Below, piece after piece: positions 50,131 to 61,754 of a stretch of 64,000 nt of DNA. The first letter of the stretch is position 1. Every line of letters starts with the position of its first letter. This stretch comes from Takakia lepidozioides (Eukaryota > Plantae > Bryophyta): positions 35,030,001-35,094,000 of the forward strand of contig CM060734.1 of assembly GCA_030704615.1 (NCBI GenBank), given 5' to 3'. The translations under genes and the position numbers were made by a program. The notes under the pieces were generated by a model, which searched no databases, was not told where the DNA came from, and was given only the letters and a program-made list of their open reading frames with translations.

Positions 50131-50802
50131 GTTTTGTTTTGTTTGTTTTGTTTTGTCACGTTGAGATGTCCCAAACCGTAGGCCCAGCCTTGGTGCTTTG
50201 TACCGTTGGAAAGCCCTCGATGAGGAGGGGTGCACCGTCTTGGTCTCATGATTTTTGGACCTGCGGTGTGGGAGATGTTGAATTTCAAGTACTTTTGGTC
50301 ATTGGAAACTCCCAAAAAATAGGAAAGTAGACATTCCTAGACAATGGTTGGAGCCTCAACAGCAGAGATATCAAGGAAAAGGTCTCCGGTTCAAATCAGG
50401 TCGTAGATTCCGTGGAAAAAAAACTGATTAGACTTAGATGACATTGGACATTTAGGCCAACGACACAGGCTACCCTAGTCAATATATGAAGGAAGCCAGT
50501 TTGTTTGTTTTGTTTTGTTTTGTAACGTTGAGATGTCCCGAACCGCGAGGCCCCAACCCTAATGCTTGGTAAGTTGGAAAGCCCTCGACGAGAAGGGGTG
50601 CACGGGCTTGGTCTCATAATTTTTGGACCTGTGATGTGATGTGGGAGATGTGAAATTCCAAGTACTTTTGGTCGCTCGAAATTCCCAAAAAATAGCAAAA
50701 TGGATTTTCCTGGAACAATGGTTGGAGCCTCAACAGGAGAGATCTCAAGAGAAAGGTCTCCGGTTCAAATCTGATCGTAAGCTCTCTGGAAAAAAAATGA
50801 TT
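50131..50802. repeat. Tandem duplication of a ~300-bp repeat unit (~365-bp period)
   Basis: GTTTTG..CGTTGAGATGTCCC..GTTGGAAAGCCCTCGA..TTTTTGGACCTG..ACAATGGTTGGAGCCTCAACAG..GGTCTCCGGTTCAAATC occurs at ~50131-50430 and ~50500-50802. Confidence 0.85.
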
Positions 50803-53800
50803 GGCCCTTCATTTCTCTTTTGTGCATGTGGATATAAATGTAATTGGGTCATTTTAGAATATTGGCGTTCACAATATGTTTTGTAGCCAAATAAGTGCGG
50901 CTAGCGGACGGTCGAGGGTCACGGCGTGGGAGCCGTTGAGGGGCGAAACCTGCGGACTTGGTGGAGGGTCTCATCTATGTGGTGCTGGAGGAACCAACTG
51001 GTCACATCGGGCACATGCTCTGGCACAAATTCTCCAAGCAAACCCGCGCGAAATGCATGTGATTGCGAGCTTGGGCATCAAGTCATGGCTGCAATATGCG
51101 TAGTATACGACGCATCAATACTTATATCGTAATTTGGTTTCATTTATGCTTACCAATCATACTATATTATTACATATATCAAATGTATTATGAATGAATG
51201 TTAATGAGAGGGGTAGAAAAAAACTCACCTTCGTCGCATTTGCAATCAAGTTTTTTCGCGAATGTTTTTCGACAATATGCGGTAGCCGCCTCGGTGTGGT
51301 CTGGTGCCGCCTGGCGGTATGCGTGCCCAACACTTAGTGCACCAACACTCAATCCTATTGGGGGGTCAAAGGTAACACTCAATCTTATGGGGGGGTCAAA
51401 GGTGGACGTGCGTGGGCATTGTACCTCTAGACTGTCAAGGGTCACACCAAGGGGTGGTCCGCGAAGGGGCAACCCGGCGCGCCCTAAACCCTCGATCCCG
51501 AAGTGTCACCATCCTCCGCATCACCTGAAATTTGGCCCCGGTCCCTTCTATGATTGTGTCCGCCAACCTGTATCGGATCAGTTGCAATGGATCGCTCCTC
51601 GCCACGAAAAACAGTCGCTCCTCAGCCACAATCGTTATGTGGTACTACCTCCCTATCCAAGAGGGAGACGAGTCAATGTTGACTAAGCAACTTCCATAGT
51701 AATCCCATTGCTACAAAGCCTATGGTTTGATTATATCATTCATCATCACACTGATTCCCAAGTTAAACTGCAACCAGAAACCTTATGTGGAGCTTACCCT
51801 GGTTTGCAAGCAAGATTCCCTAGAGTGTTTAATTTACGTGCTATGAAGAAACAAATTTACCATATATCAGGCTGATACCAGGCTATAAAAACCAGGCTAT
51901 AAGGTATTGCTTCAAAGCCTTATCAGACTGCAATCATATTGGTAAACACACTCAACAAGCATAAAACTCAAAAGTCAACATCTCAAGCACCTGAATCATT
52001 TACATTTTCTTGTACTCTAACCGTATAGGTTATGACAGCAGATGATTCCAAGAACTGAGATTGTAGTTTATGGCATCCATGTTATGATGAAACATAAGGA
52101 AACCTCAGTTTTATCATAGATCAAAACTCCAACTACAAAGTTGTACCCTGAATTGATCTACAACTAGAAGTACTGGAGCTTGAACAGTGTATGACCAGAC
52201 TGTCTCTCTGGTTAACACCTTTCAAAAACTAGGTATTCATAAACACATACCTAGCCTCTGAAAACAGGGATCTTTAAATGAAGCTTCCATATAAGAGCTG
52301 TTTCCAAACAAGTATTGTTACCAAGTGTGCCAGTCCACTGTATGTTTCTGACCAGTATAGTCAGTTGACGTTATGTTACTGTTTGAAACATGTAATTTAC
52401 TTAGAACCAGCATGAAATCCAGGGCAGAGCATATTAATTCATGCTTTTAGATTTCTGTCCCCTAGCCCATTAATCATAGCTGATTTAAACCCAGGTTCTC
52501 AGTGTAATATAATCAACCATTGGCCAATGCAAAATGACATCAGAATCCACTCTAAGTAGTGTAGATTCACTTGTGTTTTGTCAAAACAAGCTTAAAGAGA
52601 AACCAGAAACATCAGTCTCATAGAGTTCCCTGGTTCTTATGTGCTACTCATCTGAAGACAAACAGGGTGACTGATGATGACCTCCCCTGTCTCCTCCGAG
52701 CAACCTCATCTGTAAATGTCATGCCATAGTCTCCAATCTTCCATTTCTCCAATGCACAAGACCCTCACCTGTCGCCCGTCCCAAAAACAAACACAAAAGT
52801 GAGTGTTAGTGAGGAAGCTCGAGGTGCATAGCGGGTCTCTGCGCTTGCTATCGCTTTCCAAAAACCATGAAATTGCACCATACAAAAGAGACATCATGTC
52901 CAAGTTTATAAAAACTTTGAGTTCTTGAGGTAAGATTATAGCTACTGACATGAAAACATACATAACAAGGCATAGTATTATGTAATCTGTCTGCAGGGAT
53001 TCCAAGCCACATAAACAGGGTTATAACCAAATGCATCCGTGATATGCTCTTTGCTGGGTTCTTCACATGCAAAACACCCATAGGGTTACCACACGATGTA
53101 CTCCCTGCTGGGTTTTTCACCCGCTTTTGAGTTAGACCAAAAACATTCCCAGATGGTCGTTTATTGCACCTTAATAGCTTGCGGAAGAATTGCTTGTGAC
53201 ATGACTGATCTGAGCAGATCGCAGTAGGACACACAAATCGCAATACACACCGACCTAGCAGCTTCAATGGAACCAGTTTAAGAAAGTGTGTTCAAGAAAT
53301 ACTAGAGCCCTGGCAGCGAAAGGAAGCTCAAAGGGCTCTGAAAGCGAGTTGCCAGTCTGAACATCTTCCCCCGAAGCACTCATAAGAAGAAAGCCCCAAT
53401 TCTCTTCAAGGAAGCCTGCATAGCCATCATACAAGCAACTCCCTGTGGCACGTCTCTTTCAGAAATCGTGGAGCTCCCTGTGATGATGGACTTGCAGAAA
53501 CGGGGGCATCTTTGTGCGCCGCTTAGGTGCTTTTTTGTACCTGCTCTTAGAAAGCAACAGGCTGAAGGGAGTAACCCTATCCCTCTATTTTGATTTCCAC
53601 CATATCCCTCATAGCCCTATCTCGTCGAACTTTACTGATTCAAACAGGTCAAGCTGCATAAACGAGGGTAGCGGGCTGTTTGCCTGGTTGGTTAGAACTA
53701 CCGTTGAGGTGATACCAGATTATTTGTATCTTTCCTAACCTGGTCCAAGTGAGGCAGCGACTGTTCCCAAGAAATTTGTGCCCTCATTACGTTGATGTTG

Positions 53801-54433
53801 AGCAGGGCTGTATGTGCTGCGGGGAAAGAGAGATCTGGCCCACCACTCCAAGTTTTCATGCATTCAATCGATCATCCCAAAAATATCTGGATCTCTTTCT
53901 AGGGAAGACTGTATCGCAATTATCCAAGCAATCCCCTGCACGATAGGTATGATTCTGCCCTTCCAAGCGATTTATCCTGAAGCACTCGTGTCAGTAACAT
54001 CAGATCGCTTATGAGCAGGCCTGTGTAATCATGATCCGAGCACTTCCCTGTAGCAGAGAGGATTACTCATACCGTGTAGTACTCTGGCAGGTTTGCAGTG
54101 ACGTTGTCTTGCTCCAGAGTGAGCTTCGAGGCCTCCTGTGTAATCATCAAACGAGCAATTCCATGTGTAACAGAGAGGAATACCCATTCTTTGTAGTTAC
54201 CTTGGCAGGTTTATCGTGATCTTGTCGGGTTCCAGAACATATCAAAGCACGTTTTCTGGACTGTTTAAAAGATCTTGGTGTCCAAGAAAACCGTCTCTGG
54301 GGTAATCATGTCATGTACCTTATGGGCTAGGACACACTTGTCATCTTGTCATTGTGTCGCCAGTTTTGCAATATTCACACTGACATATAACCCTGCTGCA
54401 GATGAATCCCTTGTAGAAAACTTAGTCATCGTG

Positions 54434-54794
54434 TAGGGAATTCCAAAAAGGCCTTGATGTGAAATGCAGCGCAATTCACTTGATCAGATGCCAATTCAAT
54501 TGAATTGCGATGTCAATTCAATTGAACTAACCCTAATTTGCAATTCAATTGAATTGCTGACTGCAATTCAATTGAATTGTAATCTATAATTTTTAACGCA
54601 GTTTTGTATATAATATATATAATATATTATCATGTATATGTATATGTATATGTATCGTATACACATATACATACGAGAGTATAAGCTGAATATACATGCT
54701 GGCCCATCTATTCCTGCTGCCCGTCCATCCTTTGCTTGTGGCAAGGCCTAAGTCACGACATGAGTCGCGTAGCCTAAAGGAGAGATATATACTA
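54434..54794. repeat. Left TIR (361 bp) with palindromic CAATTCAATTGAATTG repeats
   Basis: Reverse complement of 61044-61367. The 16-bp palindrome occurs ~4 times on the left and ~2 times on the right. Confidence 0.92.
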
Positions 54795-54809
54795 CACATA
54801 TATACTAGT

Positions 54810-55057
54810 AGAGGTATCGTCATTAGGTTGTAGCCCTGTTTGATATATCTACAGAGGTATAGTATTTCATTTTACAAGAAAAGTTGGCCAAATTAATCTA
54901 TATTTATGCGGAGGTATCGTCATGAGACAGTAGCCCTGTTTAGTATACCACCAGAGGTATAGCGCCTGACTAACAAAGAAACCTGGTCAAATCAGCCTAT
55001 ATGCAGGTTGAGGTATCGTTATGAGGTAGTTGCCCTGTTTAGTATACCTACAGAGGG
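54810..55057. repeat. ~100-bp tandem repeat, about 2.5 copies
   Basis: GAGGTATCGT.AT.AG...GT.GCCCTGTTT.GTATA....CAGAGG at ~54812, ~54912 and ~55010. Confidence 0.75.
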
Positions 55058-55461
55058 ATTGGCAACGTATGCATTCTTATCTCTGTTTTTATCCCAGTCC
55101 TCGCTTGTTAGATTCTACAGCTGTTCATCGCGTAGCACTTGGCTACATGATTGTCTATTGTTTCTGGTTTACTCAATAAGAAGAGTGGGATAGAAATGTC
55201 AAGTGAGTTTTTCATGGTACGTGTCATGGTTGGGTGGACAGGAAGAGGCCAAGGAAGAGGCAGCAGCAGAACTGACACATTTGGTAAGGCAACCGTGTCC
55301 ATCCTCAGTATGAAGGATGCTGCACCCTCGGAAATACAAGATGCTTCAAGTAAGTTCAAAGAGCTTTCTTCTCTTTCTGGTGTGCTGGATATGTATGCGG
55401 AGGACAACTAATATCACCTTAGGTGCCAAGGGAGAAACAAACAACCAGACCCTATTTCATT

Positions 55462-55464
<3 letters not shown>

Positions 55465-55522
<58 letters not shown>
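55465..55522. repeat. (TC)29 microsatellite
   Basis: Direct reading. Confidence 0.95.
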
Positions 55523-55525
<3 letters not shown>

Positions 55526-57139
55526 TTTCTCCCTGTCCTCTAGGAAGCCTATTGACATTGGGTGGACTTGAAACGGGAGTACATTAATGTCTCTGTCACT
55601 AAATGCCGGCCTTCTGACCTCGTGTCCTTGTTTGTTTCGACCTTAAGCGTTTTGCTTCAGGTAAGGTAGTGCATTGGATTTAGTTGGAAAACTTGGGGCC
55701 TTTCCCTCTTTAGAATATGCCTACACAGGCCATTCCCTGCAACTCCCTGGAGTGTGATCTCTGAATGGTAACAAGCGGACTCCTACCGCTTGGGGGCAGC
55801 CCCTCCGCCCAAATTGGGCAGTCGTATGCTCTGTCTAGCATACTCGGCACTTGGGCTCGGGTTGGTTCCTGTGCTTAAACTTATGGCCTGCGAAAACAAT
55901 CAAAAATTTAGCTCCTATCAACAGGAATTGGTTACTTATGCCAAATCTAGGGCTTCATGTGTAGTTTTTGGGGTGAATCCCAGGATGGACCATGTGTCCT
56001 TTAAAACTACATGCTCTACCTTAGGCTTGGATTTCATGGTTAATGGTACCATCTCGAGACTTGATAACAGGGGTACGTTGAAGGTTGCAATGACCAAAAG
56101 TGCTTCTAATAGAGTCCCGCATCAATTCAATCTCAAATAAGTTCGTCCGTGATTTCTTGTTTGACAATTGTGAAATTATCAACAAGGGTTTGAGGTACGA
56201 GCATAGTATCTGGCTAAAACTGAATTTGAAGGGCGGCATGAGTACTCTGCTGGACCTCTTTGTCCGTTGTGTTTACATGCCACAGAGGGGACCCTGTGTG
56301 CTGACGCAGACAAGGCCTCACAAGTTTTGAAGCTGGACTGTGCTTCATTCCTTGCCAAAGGTCAGGTGGTACTATTGGGGGACTTCAATGCCTGGGTGGG
56401 CAAAGGGATCCATCAGGACGATATCATTGGACCTTTTGGTGAGGACGAGCTGAATTCTAATGGCAGACGGTTAATTAACTGTCTAGAAGAACTTCAGCTT
56501 TTGACCTTGAATAACAGGACAAGAGGTGACCAAGTGCAGTGGACTCGTGAGAAACCCCAAACTGGGGAACGTTCCATTGTGGACTATATCATAATGGACA
56601 AAATTTTGTTCCCCCAGTGTGCCGATGTGTTGATCGACAGAACTGATATTGGTACCTCTGACCACTTGCTGGTTTGGACTGACATCAAAAGGTGTTTTCC
56701 CACCACCAAGAGATCTGTGAAACGTTCGATTCGGAAGTGGCGCATAGAAAAATTCCACAATGAGGAGGTCAAGGCTGAGTACGTCCAGGCCTTGCAAGAG
56801 GCTCTCCCTCATTTTGTCCAATCGCTCCAAGAACTTCAGTCACGCTCTGTTAACGCAATAAATGAAGTCGAAAGAGCAGTGGACTCTTGGGAGAGTTTCG
56901 TTTCCTCCGTGGCTGACAAGATCATTGGGAGGAAACTAATTGTCTGCGGTAGAGCAGTTAGTTGGTGGACTAATGAGATTAAACTCAAGATAGCTGAGAG
57001 AGGAGCCCTCTATAAACAGTGCTGCAATTTGGAAACCAACAGAGAATTGTGGGCGAGGTACTACCAGCTCCGTAAAGATATCAATCAGCTTGTTAGGTCT
57101 CAGAAAAAATTATACTGGGACAAGTATACAGTGAAATAA
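55523..57139 (+). mobile_element. Truncated non-LTR retrotransposon (LINE) fragment: APE endonuclease and linker, no RT
   Basis: HSIWLKL..LFVRCVYMP (56100 frame) is frameshifted into ORF 56267-57139 with VVLLGDFNAWVG, N.NG..L, SIVDYI, TSDHLLV, WWT.EIK. Ends abruptly before RT. Left boundary approximate. Confidence 0.85.
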
Positions 57140-57313
57140 ACTCAAACCACCATGGTGGTAATGACAAGAAATTCTGCTTGGCCCTTCAACGTTTGTAGTC
57201 ACGCTCTGTAGAGGTATTGAGCACAAGGGGAAGCAATATAACTTGGCATAGGGGCTGATATGGACTTGACATTGATCTTCCATATGCACACCTCTCTCCA
57301 TGTGCTGCTCATC

Positions 57314-57518
57314 CACCACTCTACCCACTGCCTGCGTATCGCTGGTTTGACTAAGTGACTGGTCACTAGATCACCAGTCACACCTTCATAGGAGTGGGCA
57401 TGTGGCTTGCAAGTGTTGGGCTGCCAATAACAAACCCACTACAACGTTGCACTACAACCATAATCTCATCACTATTGCAGAACTCAGCATACATGCTCTC
57501 GATTCCCACTCCAGCCTT
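57314..57518 (-). pseudogene. Captured flavodiiron protein (FLV/FDP) gene fragment
   Basis: 57518-57384 translates KAGVGIESMYAEFCNSDEIMVVVQRCSGFVIGSPTLASHMPTPMK, ending at a GT, and matches the flavodoxin-domain GF.IGSPTL.GHMPTP motif. 57349-57314 QTSDTQAVGRVV resembles the start of the FLV flavin-reductase domain. Confidence 0.8.
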
Positions 57519-58204
57519 TCAAATTCCTCAACTTCCATTCAGCATCCCATGAACCCCACATGCAGCCCGAGTGTTATTACAAGCACGTTATGTGCTTTGG
57601 TAAATACTGTTGTTGGAATGAGGCAAAGCCCTCAAACCTTGGCCAAATGTTTATGCAAACCTCTTTAAACTGCTTGTGAGCTAAATGGGTTTGATGTGCA
57701 TGCCAGGGCTAGCTCCATCTCATTTTTTGGGGGACCCTTTGGGAGACAGATGGCTTACTCAGAAGTGCTTCAGCTTCCTCTGATTCACTGGCAAAAGAAA
57801 TATGGCTAGCTCTGAAAGAAACAGACAATTTCAAACCTCACAATTGATGAATGGCTTCCCCTGCATCATCATGTACTCCCCTGGCACTAGTATCTGGCCC
57901 CCATGACACAACCCCAGAGAAAACAAAAGACATGTTCATTTCGAGAATTATCTCCAATAATCTTGTTTCGATACCCTTACAAAGGTATCATGTTGCAATT
58001 GGGATGTGTGTTCGATAGAGAGTTTAATATATCAACTCTTAGACGTTGATACTCTTACAGTGGTATCATGTTTGGTATATGTACATAGCCATATTTTGGC
58101 ACTATAAGGGCTTGGCAGTATGAAATTGGTTAGTGTCTCAAGGTGCAGATGAAACATGCTAACATATTTAGATTGTAAGCAACACCCACCAGTCAAACTC
58201 ATCC

Positions 58205-58344
58205 TCAGAAGAGATTGATACACAAAAATTTCTCAGGGTCGTTGGTGCGCAGGCTTTTGTCAAGGGCTTGATATCATCATCGGTCAACTCAAAGTCAAAG
58301 ACATCAAGGTTCTACTTCAATCTCTCCATCTTGTCTGACTTAGG
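58205..58344 (-). pseudogene. Captured aldo-keto reductase C-terminal fragment (sorbitol-6-P dehydrogenase / mannose-6-P reductase-like)
   Basis: PKSDKMERLK*NLDVFDFELTDDDIK / ALDKSLRTNDPEKFLCINLF*, matching the AKR PKS...RLKEN..VFDFEL motif. One stop (58312-58314) and one frameshift. Confidence 0.8.
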
Positions 58345-58688
58345 ATTTTTATTACTGTATGCAAAATTCTTAGATTATGAATAAAGGGTTCTTGAAAATG
58401 AGGCAAGTTGGTCATCATTGTCTCATATGTGGGGCAGACAAAGATTGTTGGAGATAAAAGGCGGCCTCATGAGCCTCACGCTGTGCACTTCCCAATGAAA
58501 CCCAACAATTTCACAACCCTCCAGAGATCGTACAACCCAGGCCCTGCCCCCAAATAGTATGGTTTGATGTTTAGGGTGTATGGTTCAATATGGACAATGG
58601 ATATGATGATGACATTTATTTAACAGAAATCCTCAAAGTACGTGACATAAAATAATTATCTTTGAATGTGATTGTCCCACTTATTCAG

Positions 58689-60381
58689 TTAATCACAATT
58701 ACATACAAGAGCTTGTGTAATTAAAAGTTGGAGAGCTTCCCTACTTAACACAGTATTACCAATGAGGTCCAATTGATCAAAATATCTATGTTCATGCGTT
58801 GCCAAACCACAATACCGAGACATGTAGTAGTGGAGATGAAAACAAGAGATCGAATCCTTCCCAACCTTTCCAATTTCATAAGCTTGTGCACGGACACGAA
58901 CCATGTCAGGAATGAGTTCAGCTCCTTTGGTAGGAAGGTCATGCAAACCACCTGCACATCGCCACCTTTGATTCCCACGAGGCCCCAAGTCTTGGTTACC
59001 AATGTGTCGGGGGTCTTCCCTGAATCGTGGGTCATCAATAAGGTGGCTGGTCCATCTACATGATCAAACACATCACCACATTAGAATAACATTCCAATGT
59101 AAATTGTAGCTTAACAATGAAAGTACAAACAAGAGAAAACCATGAGCTTACCCATGCAAAAGTTCATACTCACGAAAGAAATGAGCAGGAACATGTGATC
59201 GACGATATCGACCGTTTTCATTAATCGTGCGAACTCGATGTCCATTCCAAATCTTCACGTATTCATCAACAGCTTCTTGTAGTATGGGCATATATATGTC
59301 AATAAAAGATTCTCGTTGTCACGGATCGTCCATATCCAATAATCCATCATTGACCATTGTTTGGAAGCAATTTTTGTAGTAGAACATTACCTTCTCCCAT
59401 AGATGCCGCCAAAAGTGTTCAATCCTCTAGCGTGGTGATTACACCACACAAAGTATTAGGAATATGCACAACATTACACACTCAATGATTAATAAAGATG
59501 AACCAAGAAATATGACAGAAACGTAAAGTTGATATGCAAGATAGAATTGTATAGAACACTAACCTGATTGTGTGTAGAAGACCCAGTCAAGTACGGATTG
59601 GGTGTTTCAGAACGTGTGGCTTCAATGTGTTGTTTTATAAGAGAGTGCTCTACTGCAAAATCAGATCGAATTCGTAAAGGTGCTCCAAACTTGGAAACTG
59701 CATCGTGATATCCTTTGAAAATGGTTTTTTCTTTCTTGTTTCTTGCAACGTTCGCCCATAAAACAAAATGAGAGGCCCCATCAATGCCAGCATGTACTCG
59801 AAGACCAAACATAACCAATTTGTCATAAGCTGCACCTCGAATTGCACACATGTTTTAGTTTGCCTACAATTTTGTGCGATATGTAATGCAAGAAAACGTC
59901 TTGCATGTGCATCTTCAAATAACCTTAAGATGCATGAGATAAAATACTTACAGTCAATGTGCCATAGAGCCATAGGCATTGTCACATTATACTGAGTCCT
60001 CCGAATTGCCTGTGCCCTTCTCCTACGCTCATAATGGTAGGGTGAGATGATTTTCAAAGCTTCCCCCACCTTCCTTCGAGAAATCCGCCAATTTGACCTC
60101 CTTAAGGCAGATTGCACTGTTCTCATTCCCCAATTTGTCCCATTCTCTTCAATAGGAAGTAACTCTTGAATCTTTTCACACAAGCGTTGGACACTCAATT
60201 GATGATGAACTTTGAAAGGAGACCCTTGGACTTCTGATAACAATCTTCTCAATGGTCGTACATCATCAAAAGAAAGGGCAGTGGCGATTGATTTCATTGT
60301 GGCACCCTCATTCAACATTGCTTCCACATAAAGTACTAAATCATCCACTACTTTGTCACCATCCAAATGGTTGTTTTCCAT
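58689..60381 (-). pseudogene. Spliced IS3/IS481-family (IS3EU-type) DDE transposase, 4 exons, one premature stop
   Basis: Exons 60381-59952, 59829-59564, 59426-59152, 59055-58689 join in phase at GT-AG sites. They give an HTH-like N-terminus, WG.RTVQSALR..RISRRKV, LWHIDSYDKL..GLRVHAGIDGASH, PLRIRSD, GSSTHNQRIEHFWR, WNGHRVR. In-frame TGA at 59321-59319. Exon 4 and the start codon are less certain. Confidence 0.88.
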
Positions 60382-61043
60382 GCTCACATGATCTGTCTTA
60401 TCTCTGCTTAATAGCCCCAGTGCCAATGCCTTCGACCTTGCCCTTGTTGTAATTGTTTGCTGTTAATTCTGTAGTCACTGCATCCACTCACACACTCCCC
60501 ATAGGACTTACGTCACTAAAGTTCACATAGGCTATCAAGTAGATGAACCAAATGTACTTTGAAACAACAACTACTCTATCCTAAAATGTATTAGCAAACC
60601 ACAGTACACAGTGTGGGCAGGTTGAAGACAAACCATGTGATCAAGCTCTTTCTTTCAGTGTGTGTGTTGAGGAGCGTTTGGTAACCCACTCTACTACCCC
60701 TAAAGTTCTCTCCTCAAAACTCATGAGTTACCTGCACGTACACAAGAACTACAGCTTTAGCTAAAATGATATCTTTATCAATGATTGGGGGAACTCATGC
60801 CAATATGGGAATGTGCTTACTCATGGGCAGATCTTGTCATTTGGTGATCCAAGAAAGCTTCCATCATACATAGCGCCACCACCGCTCCACCACCGCTCAA
60901 CCCTAAACTTGTTGTTGCATTCTTCTCTACGTTACTTCTCGTCCTCCAACTGATTTGATCCTTTCACTTTTAGGGCACCTCTGCCCTAAAAACCCTTCAT
61001 CACTTCATTTCTCTCTCCCTTTCCCTCGCTCTCGCTCTCTCTC

Positions 61044-61367
61044 TAGTATATATCTCTCCTTTAGGCTACGCGACTCATGTTGTGACTTAGGCCTTACCAC
61101 AAGCAAAGGATGGACGGGCAGTAGGAATAGACGGGCCAGCATGTATATTCAGCTTATACTCTCGTATGTATATGTGTATATGATACATATATATATACAT
61201 ATACATGATAATATATTATATATATTATATACAAAACTGCATTAAAAATTATAGATTACAATTATTAGGGTTAGTTCAATTGAATTGGCATCGCAATTCA
61301 ATTGAATTGGCATCTGATCAAGTGAATTGCGTTGCATTTCACATCAAGGCCTTTTTGGAATTCCCTA
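61044..61367. repeat. Right TIR (324 bp)
   Basis: Ends ...GGCCTTTTTGGAATTCCCTA, followed by TSD ATCGTG. Confidence 0.92.
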
Positions 61368-61754
61368 ATCGTGAGTCACAGGGGAACTATTTTGTTCCAT
61401 TGCCCTCTGTAGTGCTGGGATCCATCCATGCAGCCTCATTAACTTAGATCAACCTATGTCGTCTTGGGATCAACCCCCATGCTGTGTTAAATCATATGAT
61501 GGCCAGGTCATGTATTTATCTTAGTTCAGATAAGTCAGGCCTTTGTAAAAAAGTTTTTTTTCAAAAAAAGTTACACACTTAAGGGTTACACCACTTAAGC
61601 AAATAGGTCATTAGTTCAGATAAGTCAGGCCTTATACCTTCTCCCATTCATCTTAAATGGGAGCTGTAAGGTCCAGGGATCAAATCCCTTAGTGCTTAGT
61701 ATTTGTCATCTTAACCAGGAATTTTTTTTTTTTTTGTAATAAAAAATCTTGTTA

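Larger units (their letters stand above)
54434..61367 (-). mobile_element. IS3EU-like DDE DNA transposon (6934 bp) with long TIRs and captured host fragments
   Basis: TIRs 54434-54794 and 61044-61367 start TAGGGAATTCCAAAAAGGCCTTGATGTGAAATGCA. 6-bp TSD ATCGTG (54428-54433, 61368-61373). Empty paralogous site with a single ATCGTG at 61904-61909. Spliced IS3/IS481-like transposase inside. Confidence 0.9.

Noticed and set aside
50876-51690. Cys-rich coding fragments
   Set aside because: Short overlapping ORFs on both strands, a 30-bp tandem duplication at ~51345-51403 and no identifiable domain.
54434-61367. hAT, Academ or LTR-retrotransposon identity for the TIR element, or bacterial contamination
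   Set aside because: The TSD is 6 bp (not 8 or 3-4), the repeats are inverted rather than direct, and the transposase motifs are IS3/IS481-like. Spliceosomal introns and plant cargo exclude a bacterial IS.
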